From NCBI RefSeq assembly GCF_009914755.1, contig NC_060930.1: a stretch of 64,000 nucleotides of DNA; one strand, written 5' to 3'. A program made the translations under genes and the position numbers. Shown one piece after another: positions 42,340-58,741 of the stretch (positions within the stretch are counted from its first letter, which is position 1; the number at the start of each line of letters is the position of its first letter). This stretch comes from the human T2T-CHM13v2.0 reference genome, Homo sapiens. A model generated the notes under the pieces. The model did not search any database and was not told the DNA's origin. It was given only the letters and a program-made list of their open reading frames with translations.

Positions 42340-45300
42340 TTTTTTTTTAGTTTCAACTTTTTTTTTTTTTTGATACAGGTGGTATCTGTGCAGATTTGTT
42401 ACCTGGGAATATTATATGATGCTGAGGCTTGGGGTATGGATTTTGTCACCCAAGTGGCGAGTGTAGTAACTTATAGGTAGTTTTTCAACAAATGACCTCC
42501 TTCATTGCCACCTCTCTAGTATTCTGCAGTGCCTATTGTTCCCATATTAATGTTCATGTGTGCTCTATGTTTAGCTCCCACTTGTAAGTGGGAACATTCA
42601 ATATTTGGTTTTCTATTCCCACATTAATTTGCTTATTATGGCCTCCAACCATATCCATGTTGCTGCAGAGAATATTATTTTGTACTTTTTATGGCTGTGT
42701 AGTATTCCATGGTGTATATGTATCACATTTTCTTTATCCAATCTACCATTGATGAGCACCTAGGTCAATTCCATGTCTTTGCTATTGTGAATAGCATTTC
42801 AATGAACATACAGATGCATGTGTCCTTTTGGTAGAACAATTTATTTTCCTTTGGATATATACCCAGTAATGGAATTGCTGAGTTGAATGGTAATTCAGTT
42901 TTCAGTTTTTTGAGAAATTTACAAACTGCTTTTTACAGTGGCTGAACTAATTTACATTCCCACCAACAGTGTATAAGTGTTTCCTTTTCTCTGTAGCCTC
43001 ACCAGCATCTGTCGTTTCTTGACTTTATTATAATAGCCATTCGGACTGGTGTGAGATGTTATCTCATTGTAGTTTTAATTTGCATTTCTCTGATGATTAG
43101 TGATGCTGAGCATTTTTTCATGTATTTGTTGGCCCTGTGTATATCTTTTGAGAAGTTTCTGTTCATGTCTTTTGCCCATTTATTAATGGGGCTATTTGTT
43201 TTTTCCTGTTGATTTGTTTAAGTTCCTTATAGGTTCTGCATATTAGACCTTTGTCAGATGGCATAGTTTGCGAATATTTTCTCACATTCTGTGGGTTGTT
43301 TTTTTACTCTGTTGATAGTTTCTTTTGCTGTGTAGAAGCTCTTCAGTTTAATTAAGTTCCACTTGCCTATTTTTGTTTTTGTTGCAATTGCTTTTTGGGA
43401 GTTAGCCATAAATTCTTTTCCAAGACCAATGTCAAGAAGGGTATTTCTTAGGCTTTTTCCTAGGATTTTTATAGTTTGAGTCTTACATCTAAATCTTTAA
43501 TCAATTTTGAGTAACTTTTTGGGTATGGTGAAAGGTAGGTGTCCAGTTTTATTCTTCTACCTATGGCTAGCCAGTTATCCTGGCACCATTTATCAAGTAG
43601 GGAGTACTTTCCCCATTGCTTGTTTTAGTCAGTCTTCTCAAAGATCAGATTATTGTAGGTGTGTGGCTTTATTTCTAGGTTCTCTATTCTGTTCCTTTGG
43701 CCTATGTGTCTGTTTCTGAATCAGCACCATGCTGTTTTGGTTATTGTAGCCCTGTAGTATAGTTTGAAGTCAGGTAGTGTGATGCCTCCAGCTTTGTTCT
43801 TTTTGCTTATGATTGCTTTGGCTATTCAGGCTCTTTTTTGGTTCTATATGAATTTTAGAATAGTTTTTTTTCTAATTATGTGAAAAATGACATTGGTAGT
43901 TTGAGAGGAATAGCCTTGAATCTGTAAATACTTTGGGTAGTATGGCCATCTTTAAGATACTGATTTTTCCAATTCATGATCATGGGATGTTTTACCATTT
44001 ATTTGGTTTTTTTATCTCTGATTTTTTTCAGCAGTGTTTTGTAGTTCTCCTCATAGGAATCTTTCACCTCCTTGGTTAGGGGTATTCCTAGGATTTCACG
44101 TTTGTATGTGTCTGCTGTGAATGGGGTTGCAAACTTGATTTGACTCTCAGCTTGAATGTTATTGGTGTATAGAAATGCTGCTGATTTTTGTACATTGATT
44201 TTGTATTCTAAAACTTTACTAAAGTCGTTTATCAGTTCCATGAGCCATTTGGCAGAACCTTTAGGATTTTCTAGGCATAGAATCATATGGTCAGTGAAGA
44301 GAGATGGCTTGACTTCTCCTTTTCCTATGCAGATGCCTTTATTTCCTTCTCTTGCATGACTGCTCTGGTTAGGACTTCCAGTACTATGTTAAATAGGAGT
44401 TGTTCGAGTGGACATCCTTGTCTTTTTCCAGTCCTCTAGGGGGAATGCTTTCAGTTTTTGCCTGTTTACTATGATATTGGCTGTGAGTTTGTCATAGATG
44501 GCTCTTATTATTTTGAGTTTCCTTCAGTGCCTAGTCAATTGAGGGTTTTTATCATGAAGGGATGCTGGATTTTATGGAAAGTTTTTCCTATATCTATTGC
44601 AATGATCACATGGTTTTTGCTTTTAACTCTGTTTATGTGGTGAATGGCACTTACTGATTTGCGTATGTTGAAACAACCTTGCAGCCCAGGAATGAAGCCT
44701 CCTTTATAGTGGTGAGTTAACTTTTGGATATGCTGCTGAATTTGGCTTGCTAGTTATTGTTAAGGATTTTTTTCGTCTATATTCATCAGGAATATTGGCC
44801 TGAAGTTTTCTTTTTTTGTTGTGTTTTTGCCAGGTTTTGATATCAGATTGATGCTGGCTTCCCAGAATGAGTTAGGGAGGAGTCTCTTCTTGATTTCTTG
44901 AAAGAGTTTCAATAGAATTGGTACTAGCTCTTCTTTGAACTTCAGGCAGAATTTGGCCATGAATCCATCTGGTCCAGGGCTTTTTTTGGTTGGTCTATTT
45001 TTTATTATGGATTCAATGTTGGAACTTTTTATTAGTCTATTCAGGTGTTCACTTTCTTCCTGATTCAATCTGGGGAAAGTCTGTGTTTCCAGAAATTTAC
45101 CAATTTCCTATGGATTTTCTAATAATAGAAAATTCTTAATAGTTTCTGAGGATCTTTTGTATTTCTCTGGGATTGGTTGTAAAGTCCTATTTGTCATTTC
45201 TGGTTGTGCTTAATTGCATCTTTTTCTTTCTTTTTAAGTCTAGCTAGCAGTCTATTACTCTTCTTTATTCTTTGAAGAACCAGCTCTTGGTTCATTGATC

Positions 45301-45700
45301 CTTTGTATAGATTTTTGCATCTCAATTTCTTTCAGTTCTCTAATTTCAGTTATTAATTTCCTTCTGCTAGCTTTGTTTTTTTTTTTTTTAGTTTCTCTAG
45401 GTATAATATTAGATTGCTATTTTGAGTTATTTATAACTTCTTGATGAAGGCATTTAGGAGAATACACTTGCTTCTTAACACCGCTTTATCTATATTCCAG
45501 AGATTTTGGTAAATTGTGTCTCAATTTTCATTAATTAAAAAATTGTTTTTATTTCATTTCAGTGTTCACTCAGGAATTATTCAGGAGCAAGTTGTTCAAT
45601 TTCCATGCATTCGTGTAGTTTTCAGAGATCTTCTTGATATTGATTTCCATTATTATTGCACTGGGGTCTCAGAGTATGCTTGGTATGATTTTCATTTTTT
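42340..45700 (-). mobile_element. L1PA15/16-like element, 5'-truncated
   Basis: 3' end 'gtgcagatttgttacctggg..gatgctgagg'. ORF2 remnants '[23 protein letters not shown]' and 'MILCLENPK'. Confidence 0.9.
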
Positions 45701-45739
45701 TAAATTTATTTTCATCTCATAATTTTTATTTGAATGTAT

Positions 45740-46750
45740 TCAGAACTAGGAAAAACTAAAGTGTTTTTTCTAGCCTCACACTCAATACCACACTCAACAC
45801 AAAATGCTTCACCTCCAGTCCACAAAATGTATGTGGATTTCTCTTTATGAACAATAATTATCTGGTGGAAACCCACTGGCTGTTCTACAATTTAACTTAA
45901 TTGTAGTATTCTCTACCTGGAGTTATAGTCAGATCCCACAGGTTAAGGGCTCAGTTCCACAAGATCCTCCCACTTCAGATGCCAGTTGTAAGTAGGAGGT
46001 CGTCACCTACATTTCCAGCTGACTGGTTATAAATCAGGGTTCCCACTAGCCCCTCCTCAGGGTGATTAATCTGCTCGATGGGCCACAAAACTTAGAGAAA
46101 CACTTACTTATGTTTACCAGTTTAGCATATTAATAAAGAATATGAGAGAGGATACAGATGAACAATCCAAAATGCAAGAGATGCATAGCACAGGGTATAT
46201 GGGAAGGTGTGTGGAGCTTCCACACCCTCTCTTGGTGCACCACCCTCCAGGGACCTCCAGAGTGTTCAGTAATCCAGAAGTTCTCAGATCTCTGTTTTTG
46301 GGTATATAACAGAGGTTTCCTTACATAGACATGATTGATTACTTCATTAGCCATTGATGATCAAGTCAAGCTTTAGCCCCTCCCCACTCCCTGGAGGTCA
46401 GTGGGTAAAACTGAAAGTTCCAACCCTCTAATCACATGATTGTTTCCTCTTATCACCAGCCCCCATCCTAAGGCTATCCAGGAGCCCACCAAGAGTCCCC
46501 TCATTAGAACAAAAGATGCCCCCTTCACCCAGCAAATTTTGAAGTATTTCGGAGCTCTGTGTTAGATGCTGCTAACACTCAGGAAATCACAAAGATCTTA
46601 GGAGCTGTGGGTCAGGAACCAGGGTCAGAGACCGACTACTAGAATGAAAGGTTCTCTAGCACCTTTATCTCAAGGGTTTTAAGAGCCCTGTCTGAGGAAC
46701 CCAGAAGCAAAGACCAAATCTATGTTTTTTATTATATCATAATATTAGAA
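45740..46750 (-). mobile_element. MER21-like LTR
   Basis: 'ctctacctggag..gtcagatcccacaggttaagggctcag..cccacttcagatgccag'. Confidence 0.8.
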
Positions 46751-46775
46751 ATATAAATTTAAAAATAACTGATTG

Positions 46776-47197
<422 letters not shown>

Positions 47198-47469
47198 CTA
47201 TGGGTTTACAAGGAATGTATTTACATTGTTTAGCATTATACCAAGATGGCAGTCTTGACACCATGCAGTATGACTTACGTGTTTTGTCAAAAAGTGCAAA
47301 GACACTGAAGACAATGATTATTTAGTGGATGTGTATCAAGTAAAAGCCGTTCCACATGAATCACACAGACAGGTTTCACTTTATTATGAAATAAGGCTAT
47401 AAGAAAAACTGACTATTATTCTCCCTATTTTAAAAAATATAAAGATGCTTGAAAAGGATAATACTTTCA

Positions 47470-47760
47470 TTTGTAATTATTATATTTATGTAGCACTTAA
47501 TATATATATGTCCATATATGTACTATGTCCATATGTATGAATACTTAAGTGTATACAATTATTCATGTATGTACCCACACATTTAATCCTCACAACATCT
47601 CTGAGATAGGTGTGTATATTATCTCTATTTTATAAAAGAGAAAGCTGGGGCATAGACAGGTTAAAAGATTTGTCTAGGATCATATAGCTAGTAAATAGGG
47701 CGACCAGGTTTAATCCTTCAAAAAGCTGCTCCAGAGAACTTGCTCTTAAACACTATATAT
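47470..47760 (-). mobile_element. MIR SINE
   Basis: 'atttaatcctcacaaca..gagatagg..attttata..gaaagctgggg..aggttaa'. Confidence 0.8.
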
Positions 47761-48089
47761 TACTTAATTTCTTAAAGAACTGCATCTTAATTTAACCTCA
47801 GGCATCAAAAAAAGATTCTGGAAAAACTCTCCTTGTCTGTGTGTGCTTCAAAAGAATTGACAAACTGACCAATACTCTAGAGAAAGCAAATAAAATGAAA
47901 TAGATTCAGCCATTATTTATTGGTGCACACTATATGATCTTACTTACTGACTGGCAACTAAATTTAATCAAGTAATGCCTTTGAGGTCAAATGATCAAAA
48001 CACTTCACTGTTCCTCTACCTTTAACCCATTGATTTCTCTGAGGAAAATTCTGTGATGCTATTGTATTGAATCAATATTTATTTATTTT

Positions 48090-48680
48090 TATACTGGAAC
48101 CGTGTTGCCTGGATTTCTATTCCCTGTTTAGCTCTGAGTTAAGCTGGCCACAAGAGAAATTCTGCATGAGATTTGGAGGGTAAAGGTAAAGCAGCAGTGG
48201 CTTTACACGGGGAAAATTGGTGTGGGTTGCCAGGCCCTGGTGGGGCTCATGCATATTGCCATAATTCATCCATACATCTTTTGATGAGAGCTGCAGCCAG
48301 GTCCCCAGCTCCTCCAGCTCCCATGGAGCTCCTCCTTCAGGGTTATCAATCCTGCAGGTGATGGCAAAGGGCTTGGGCCTTTCTGCCAGTCATATGCAAT
48401 GTTAGGGTTGGTGGCCACGTGAGGCTGATATGTTTTTGCCTGGTTGATTCCAGTATGTCCTCATGTCCCCTTGCTTTACACACAGCACTTCTTCCCCACT
48501 GCCAGCTCAGCAGCCTTCAAGACTCCAGGGCCTTCTCCTGACATGGAAGCGAGACCTTTCCATAGGCTTTTCCACCAGCTCTCACAACTATGGGAGGTCT
48601 AATCCCTACAATAAATCCATTAGTCCATAGTACTCACAGTGGTGCTACTTCCTGGATCAAACTTTAATACTGAAATTAAT
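48090..48680 (+). mobile_element. LTR33-like ERVL LTR
   Basis: 'ggccacaagagaaattctgcatgagatttggaggg...aatccctacaataaatcc...actcacagtgg'. Confidence 0.65.
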
Positions 48681-49560
48681 CCTGAAGTTGTTCCAGGAGA
48701 ATAGAACCTTAAGACATGTTCTTTGATTGAGATCTGGGCTATCTGGAATTGGTTCTCTGTTTCAATTTGCTTTAAAGCTGTTAATGACTCCTTCGCCAGT
48801 GGAAAGGTGGGCACTGGTAGTCCTATGACACGCATTGGCAAAAGTGTTGCTTAAATAACCTGTAGACTTCTATAACCAGATGCCTTATAGGTAGCAATGT
48901 TTTGGATAGCCAAGTAATTGCTAACATAGAACATTTTTATTGAAAAATTAAAAAAGTGGTGGAGCTGGCTGGTTGCTTCTAAGTGTTCTGGAGAACTTGG
49001 GAAAGAAAATGTTGAGTTTGGGATTTTAAAAATCCACCTCAAGACCAAGCAAAAAGAAAAAATGCCAGAAAGTTTGTATTACTACTGTGAAAGAAACCCT
49101 TAACTCTTGTAGCTATAGGGCCAACGTTGCTGAAACGAAACCCAAAATCTAAACCTACGAGTAGCTGAATCATGATATAAATTGAATTAATAATCACATA
49201 GGATCCTATATGTTAAAGCTAGGGTACTGACTACAATAGAGGGGCATCCTGAAAATCATGGAGACATATGAATTTGAGAAAGCTGGAGATCTCTCAAACT
49301 TCTAACTTGTGCCTAGCTTCGCTTGCCAGAAGTCACTGAAGGAATTTAGTGTCTCCTTGCCTGAGAAAACTCTAATGGCCTCTCTTGTGACAGTTGCCTT
49401 GAAGGGGCTGCTGGTTCTCCGCAGGATTTGCTACCATCACCTGCCATTACTTCTAGTCCCAAGTTAGTCACAACACAGGAAATAATCGCAAAGTATACAA
49501 GTGAGAACCATGAAAAGATGCAATGCACACCAACAGATGCTTCTAGGAAGTCTCCATCCA
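48681..49560 (+). mobile_element. ERVL internal (leader/gag) relic following LTR33
   Basis: 'gttccagga..ctggaattggttctct..gccagtggaaaggtgggcactggtagtcc' resembles the ERVL gag start. Many stops. Confidence 0.55.
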
Positions 49561-51909
49561 CGGGTGCACAGAGCATCATACACACCAGCATGGCATTCCA
49601 GCAGCATTGCCCCTGACAGAAAGATGATTTAATGAAGCAAGACAATGGACTCTTGCTCATGGAATTCACTGATTGCTCTTCACATTTTTTCAAGCCAGAT
49701 CATGTAGTGGAATTGACCTGTGTATTCCATCAGGAAGCATATGATGGCAGTTTAGCCCAATATTTTTTATGCTAACTTTGCTTCACTTAAGTCTGGCTTC
49801 TGCCAAGTTTCTTTGTCTCTCTCCTGTCAGGTTATCCCTTTTCCCTCTCCAATTAATAACTAATCTGTTGGAAAATACTTAGAATCAGTGCATGTAGACT
49901 TTTCCCATCAAATTTTCACCCAATAGTTCAACTATCCATTGATTTTTGCCTGAAACATTTATTAACATGGTATTGGAAAAGAATGATTTTTATAACTGCA
50001 TCATTCCACTTATATTTATTATTTAGTATTTCTCTGTAAGAAAGGGATTTCTCTGTAAATCTCTGTAAGGAAGAGGTTTTTCCTTCTCCTGTGTTATGTA
50101 TATATGTGTATATGTATATACATGTGTGTATTCACATTTATATATGTATGTACATATGTATGCATTTGGTGTAAGTATAGATTTATGTATTATTCTTTCA
50201 GTTTGAGATGTTTCATTAAAATTGAATTTCTAACACAATTATATACACAGCAAATTTAAATCCATATGATGTAGTGTATAAATTGCAATATTAATGTGTT
50301 GCACCATGTGCATCTTACCCACTCTTGAATTCATAGAGCTAAAGTATTACATAGTATGCATGCAATATATATTTATTGGCCATATGATATATGTCACTCC
50401 ATACTTGGATTAGTTTTTGTCTCCACTCAGCTAGTGTTAATTAGATGGGCACAGTATGAGTTACGATTTCATGTTATATAGCCATTCACAGAAAAACGAT
50501 AATGTGCTAATATAATTATTAACCTTACTGTAATCATATTCTACTTGCAAATATAAAATACAAACAGTCAGGGAACAGCATGAAAGGGTATAAAATGAAG
50601 TCAGTTGAGAAGAAAACTGTTTTAAAAAGAAGGAAATTGGATTAGGAGTTCAATTTATGTTAAAGCTAAACCCATTAAGCTGAACAGATAAAAATGCTCC
50701 AGAGCACAGGAAGTAGAACTGGGAAATTACAGTGGTGAATTGGGCAATACAACACAGTGATCTAATAAACTAGCAATTTACCATATTATTATGAGCTCGA
50801 AAGGCAATTTAATCAAAACAATTTGGTTTATATTGCTTCTAACCTAGTTGTGTAGTTTCACATTTTTTTTTAAGTACAAAACTTTTAGTCACAGGACTAC
50901 AGTTTTATAAATTAGAATATATGCTGCTAAAATTATTATTGAAACTACCTTGGTGATGACTATAGTTATAAAGGCATCCACTTAAATGCCACAGTAAATC
51001 AAGACACAATTACAGCCTAGCCAATTTTTAATCTTTCTGTATGTGCCCTTCTGTTTTGAGAATAAGTAAAAGCACTTTTCTATTTTTTCCTCTACCGTTT
51101 TTTTCAAATAAAGATAGTTATAAAACATTTAAAAAATATATTTTTTGTTAGATATTAAGAAATTAATTAAGAGTCTCATGTCCTAAAATTTTTATACAGT
51201 TAGTAACAATTATTTAAAAAGTAGTAGGGCACAAAGCACCCTAAATATCTTTATTGTATAATTTCTTTTGGAAAATGGAGCAATTATACTTGCTTAAACT
51301 TTCCCAATTTCATATAATTTTATTACTCTTTTTTTGTCAACCATAGAATGACTCTAACGTTGGAAAAGTTAGTTGGGCATGACAGATAAATCTTTCCATG
51401 AAATTGACCTTTCTAAAACTATTTCATTAAGTGTGATGCTTTCCCAAAGATATCTACAGGAAATATACATAATAGTGAAATGTTGAATGCATTCTTTTTA
51501 GATCACTTATAAGTCAATGTTGTTGCACCATTTATACTTACATTACAATGGAGACAATGGAGATCTTAGTTATTACGGTAAGACATTAGTGGGAAATGTG
51601 GTTTAGGATTCTAAAAAGATGAAGACTTGAAGAAACTAGAACTCCCATATGCTGCTGGTGAGAATACAAAATGTTAGCTCTGACATGTAAAAAACTTGGA
51701 AGTCATCATTCCACTGCACACAAGCTAAAGCTGGACAAACTGAAAATCAACAACTTTTTTTTTTGACCCATCAGAAAACTGAGGATTCAGAACAAACCAC
51801 ATCCTGAAATGTGGAGAGACAGATAAATTCAGAGAGAAACAGCTGAGATCTACTTACCTGGAACAAAAGCCACTGTAGCCACAAACTGGTAAGAAGACTT
51901 AAACAGTAT

Positions 51910-52812
51910 TTTTTTTAATGTAATAAAATTAAAATAACAAAATTTATCATTTTGACCACTTAAAGTATACAGCTCAGCGGCACGAAGTACATTCACACTG
52001 CCATGCAACTTTCACCACCAAGTATCTCCAGAATGTTTTCATCTCCCCAAGTTGAAACACTGTACCCCTTAAACAATAGCTTCCCAATTGCCCCTTGCTC
52101 AGCCCCTGGCCGCCACTACCCTACTTTCTGTACCTTTGAGTTGACCTCTCTATGTGTCTCACATAAGTGGAATCATATAATATTTGTTCTTTTGTAAGTG
52201 GCTTCTTTATTTACCATAATGGCTTCAAGCTTCATCCATGTTGTAGCATATGTCCAAATTTCTTTCCTTTTTAAGGCTCAATAATATTCCATTGTATTTC
52301 TAAGCCACATTTTGTTTATTTGTTCATCTGTCAATAAAAATTTGTGTTGCTTTCACTTTTGAGTACTGTGAATAATGCTGCCATACCCATTGCTGTACAA
52401 ATATCTGTTTGAGTCTTTGCTTTCAACTCTTTTGGGTATATTCTCAGAAGCAGAATTGCCACATGATATAGTTTTCCCATGTTAAATTTCTTTAGCAATG
52501 GCCATACTGCCTTCCACAGTGGCTAGACTATTTTACATTCCCACCAGCAATGCATAAAGATTCCAATTTCTTCACATCTTCACCAACACTTGCTATTTTC
52601 TGATATTAAAAAAATAACAGCCATTCTAATGGTTGTGAAGTGATATTACACACTTCAAATGCAAATCAAATGGTTATTTGCATTTCCTTAATGATGATTA
52701 GTGATGTTATACATCTTTTTTCGCTTATTGGCCATCTATATAGCTTCTTCGGAGACATGTCAATTTAAGTCTTTGCCCATTTTTAAATTGAGTTGTTTGT
52801 TTTTTTCTGTTT
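51910..52812 (-). mobile_element. L1MB (2/3-like) 3' end
   Basis: 'aaagtatacagctcag..gtacattcacactg..caccacca..ctccagaa'. Confidence 0.85.
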
Positions 52813-52868
52813 TTAGCCAATGAAAATTTTGGAACCATTTCTATAAACTATATAGCCAATTACAATTT

Positions 52869-53772
<904 letters not shown>

Positions 53773-53774
53773 TA

Positions 53775-54450
53775 GTTCAGAGCCCCCGCATCAAGGATGG
53801 GCACACAGATATTTAAATAGCCGACAAATTGAGGATCTTTGCTTCTCTAAATTCCTTAACTCAAATGGGTTTAACAAAATGCTATGTTTTATATAGTTAA
53901 TTGCTACAAATCTCTTTCTAAGACCCGGATTAAATTCTGTAACTTTACTTTTTGGCTTTTGGTTTTGGCTCTTCTGTTGCTTAAAAGGCCTTCAGGGTTA
54001 GTGAGTACCTGCTCACCTCCATTCCCACCTGTCCTAGAATGTTTAATTGACTCTAAGTATTTTGGCTCTAAATCCCTTGGCCATAGGGTCCCCCCCAAGA
54101 AACAGGATGGATCCAGGGTAGGTAGCCACACCATCCTGTCAATATGGGACAAAATATAAGTTTAGACATTGATGCTGCCTCTCTCAGATCTTGGCCAAAA
54201 AGCAGGGAAGATAAACTAAAAATAAAACCTTAAACCTCCCTACCAACTGAACAGACCCCCTTATGGCCAATAGGACCCTAACCTCCCAAACAAACCCTTA
54301 AAACAGAGTTCCTGGCCATGATAGGATGGAAGTTCAAATACACCTTGTCATATGCCCACCCTTTTATGGTTTAGATACAACAACTGACCAGCATTATTGT
54401 TAAAATAGAGATCATAAAACTGACAGAACGGACTCCATGTGGCAGTAAGA
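53775..54450 (+). mobile_element. MER4-group internal 3' end plus 5' part of a MER4E-like LTR (from ~54212)
   Basis: PPT-like 'ggccaaaaagcagggaaga' followed by 'taaactaaaaataaaacc..ccaactgaacagacccc'. Confidence 0.65.
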
Positions 54451-54815
54451 GCTCATGGGTACCCCAAAGTTTTCTATCTATTTTACCAAAACTTTTAAAA
54501 TTTGGGCTCATAATTCTGACAATAAGGGCTAAAATTTATCTTATACTCCAGTGTGCAATTAAATGCTATGCTAGGACAGTGGAGAGAAGCACTAATGTGT
54601 TCATGCTGCACCTCCCAGATCCCATACTGTGCACTAGTAAATACTTGCAGGTCACTGACAGGCAATTTCATGACTTTAATCCTGACTCCTATCCCAATTA
54701 TGCCCCTTGCCAGAAGGAAAAAGCTGGAGCAGTCTTGGTCTGATTTCTAGTAGATTAGGATTGAAGTATGATCACCTCACCTCAGGACTGAAGTATGATC
54801 AAACCCTTGGGGACT

Positions 54816-55396
54816 GAAACCATCCTTATAAACTTTATAAAATTAATCAAGAATGGGGGGAATGAAAGTAAATCAAGGTTGCAGCACATGCACTGTTAAT
54901 GATTAGGTCAGCCTGCTCTCTCTGACCTGCTTCCTCGTACTTGCTTGGTGCCTATTGCCTTAGAATCACATAGACTCAGTTACAAGATTATTGTTCCCCT
55001 TAACTGCTCTATAGATAGCAACTCGAACATTATAACATGTTATGGTTTCCACTTGAGATATTCTTTCAGGTCCTGCATACCAATGAAACTACTTATGCCG
55101 GCTAGTCTGAAGGACCCCACAGGAGCTGACTCACTAAAGAATGCAGTTTCCATATCCTGAGGACTTCATCTACCCTACTCTGACAAGTCAACAACCCCAA
55201 TTCTCCAGCCCCTCACCCTCCATGATCCCCTTAAAACCCCAGCCCAGAACTCTTTGGAGAGATGGGTTTATGTTCTCCTCTCATCTCTTTGCTCTGTCCC
55301 CTATTACCATTAAACTCTTTCTCTGCTGCAAACCTTGCTGTTTCAGTATAACGGGTCTGTTACTCTGCAGCAGGCATGAAAACCCATTGTCCTATA
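54816..55396 (+). mobile_element. LTR26-like ERV1 LTR (copy 2), preceded by a 3' internal stub (~54450-54815)
   Basis: G-run PPT remnant 'ggggggac'-like directly before 'tgaaaccatccttataaac'. Homologous to copy 1. Confidence 0.75.
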
Positions 55397-56664
55397 ATTT
55401 TTCAAAATTTCTGAAAACTGAATGTGGGATAGCAGGAGTTTGAGCAACTACTTGGGCTGGTCTTATGGGAACCCATACTTTCATGTGTTTTACCTTCAAA
55501 AGCCCCCCAGGTTCTCATGGTGAATATCCAAGAAAGATGCCCTGGTGGTTCAGGCAGAAAGAAATGAATAATAATAGTAAACTAAGCCCATAGCCTTCTC
55601 CTTAACAATGGCCTGCTCTGCAGAGGATGAAAAGAGCCTTGTTCAACGGCCAGGGGAAGATATTTCCACCCATCCCACTTCCCTCTAGTCTTTCTTTATT
55701 TCATAAAGAAGAGAGAAAAATAATATCAAAAGGGGCCAGAGTTTCAAGGAAATAGTTTGGAATATTGTAGCCAAGGGGAAAAAAGCTACACCACTGAGGA
55801 AACACTTGTGAGGGTCACAGCCAGAGACACAGGCCCATTAATGGTTTAATTGGAAAATTATAGCATAGTAACTCCCACCCCTTACCACATCAACACAGCT
55901 CCAGCATAATAACAGTGAATTACAGCTAAAAAGTTACAAGACACAGACTCTAAGGAGAAGTTCTTAGGGAACCCCAAAATGAAGATGGAAGACAAGCACA
56001 AGGAGACTAGCGGAATTTCAAGCCTATCGCATATATAACTACAAGGAACATTAAATACAGCCTAACCTCTAGCTATATCAACATAATTCTCACACAAAAG
56101 TCCTACTTATCTCAGTTTCTATTATCCAATGCAACATGTTCAGCCATCAACAAAAATTACAAGCAATGAAAAATGGCAAGGAAAAAAAAGTATGAAAAGA
56201 CAAGGCAAGCATCAGAACCAGATCCAGATATAATACAGATATTGGAATTCTCAGTCAGGGAATTTAAAATCACTAAGATTAATATGATAAGGGGTCTAAC
56301 GGAGAAAGGCAGAGATCATTCAAGAACAAATGGGCAAGAGAAGCAGAAAGACACTGTAAGCAAAATCAGAAGGAAAGGCAAGAAATCAATAAAAAACACT
56401 ACAACAAATAAAGAATGCCCTCAGCAGGCTCATTAGCAGACTAGGCACAGCCAATAAAATATTCAGTGAGCTTGGAGAGTTGTCAATGGAAACTTTCCAT
56501 ATTAAAATGTAAAAACAAAGTAAAATAAAGCAAACAGAACAGAAAATCAAAGGACTGTGGGACAATTTCAAAAGATGTAACATATGTATAAGTGAATATC
56601 AGAAAGAGAAGAGAGAAGCAGAAGACATACTTGAAGCTGCAATGGCCAAGAATGCTCTAAAGTG

Positions 56665-57267
56665 ACACAATCGCTTTTAAAGCAGTCTGGCAGTTCCTCA
56701 AAATGCCAAACATAGAATCACCATGTGACCCAACAATTCCACCCTTTGGGTTATACTCAAGAAAAATGGTGTCCACACAAACACTTGTCCATGAATGTTC
56801 ACGGCAGCATTATTCATAAGAAATAAACAATGGAAACAAACTGAAATACTCACGAAGTGGTGAATAGATAAATGAAATGTGGTGTGTCCATGCAATGGAG
56901 TATCATTTGGCACTAAGAAAGGAAGTTCTAATATATGTTTCAACACAGATAAACTTTGAAACCATTAAGCTAGACAAATGAAGCTAGGCACCAAAAAACA
57001 CACATTGCATGATTTCATTTCAAAGAAATATCCAGCATAGTGAACTCATAACTAAGTGGTTGCTTAAGATAAGGGGTGAAGGAATGGGAGTCACTGCTAA
57101 TGGACACATGCTTTCCTTCTGGGTGGTGAAAATGTTATAAAATTAGGTAGTGGCAATGGTTACACCACTGTGGAAATACACATAGAAACACTGAATTGTA
57201 TATTTTAAAAGGGTGAATTTTATGGTGCATGGACTATACTACAGTAAAGCTATTAGTTAAAAAAAAT
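56665..57267 (+). mobile_element. L1MB-like 3' end
   Basis: 'cagtctggcagttcctcaaaa...cactgaattgtatattttaaaagggtgaattttatgg'. Confidence 0.8.
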
Positions 57268-57623
57268 TCTTAAAGGAAGATACAAAACTATTATAATGAA
57301 AATATACTGTAATTTCCATGTATAAATATCTTTGAACCTACCAAATCATAATTAGAATTAATCAAATAGACTATCATGTTTGCCAGATCAATATAAAATA
57401 AATATAAAATAAAACAATTTATTTTACTTACTACAGCAACAATCAGAAAGAAAATATAATTTAAATAAATATGACATGATAGTAACAAATATAGAGTACC
57501 TAACAATGAATCTAATCAGAAATTTGCAAAAATATTATAATTTAAAATGATAAAACATTTAACAATATCGAGAAGTCTTATAAAAATGGAGAAATATATC
57601 ATTTTCTTAGGAGAAAACTCTAG

Positions 57624-58230
57624 CATAAACCAAAAATAAAATTCTAAGGCCCCCAACAATCTGAATGGACCCCCCTTCTTAGCCAAGGGAATTCCAGCAC
57701 TAACCTGAAAATCTAGTTGAGGCCAGGATGGAAGAGGGGGTTGGACATGCCTCATTATACTCTTCCAGCATTGACATAAACACAGACCTTAAATCTTATA
57801 AGAAACATTTACAATCTATTTTTCTTTGAAGACTGCTACCTGGAGTCTTCGCCTGCAGGATAAAACCTTGGTCTCCATAACCCTTATCTTAACTCAGACA
57901 TTCCTTTCTACTAATAATAACTCTTTCAACCAATTGCCAATCAGAGTATGTTTAAATGTACCTATGACTTGGAAGACCCCCATGCTCCTTCTGCCCTCCC
58001 CACCACCCCCCAGTTCAAGTTGTCCCACTCTTCCAGATCGAACCAATGTAAATCTTACATATATTGATTAATATGTCTCCCTAAAATACACAAAAGCAAG
58101 CTGTACCTCGACCACCTTGGGCACATGTCATCAGGACCTCCTGAGGCTGTGTCATGGGCACGTGCTTAACCTTGGCAAAATAAACTTTCTAAATTGATTG
58201 AAACCTGTCTCAGATACCTTTGGTTTTGCA
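57624..58230 (+). mobile_element. MER4 (B/D-like) solo LTR
   Basis: 'taaaccaaaaataaaattctaaggcccccc...gatacctttggttttgca'. TSD ctag. Confidence 0.85.
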
Positions 58231-58741
58231 CTAGTATAAAGATGCCAATTCATCAGAAGCTGCTCTGTAGACCAATGAAATTCTGATTAAAATTTGAATG
58301 GGATCTCTCAATGAAATCTGACAATACTGATTTTAAAGTATGCATGGAAGAATTAATAGTCAAAAATCAGTAAGGTATTATTGAAGTCAAAGAAGAGATA
58401 GAACTTACACTTGTGGTTATCCATACTTATAAAACAATACACTCTGGGAGGGACACAGGACAGGCTAATAGAACACTAGAACACAATAAAAGCAAGAAGC
58501 AAAACCATGAAGGTAAGAAATCAGAGAGCAAACCCTGCACATCAGAAGGGAAGTGATGGGCTGGGATAATCAGTTATCTACATAAGAAAAAAAATGAAGC
58601 TGGATTTCTTTTTAAGGCACTATTCAAAAGGAACAAAGGAGATGAAAGTCATAAATATGAACGATATCTATAAGATTTTCTGGAAGCCAAATAAGGAGGA
58701 TTTTTATAAACTCTGGAGTGGCAAAGATTCTTAAGACACAG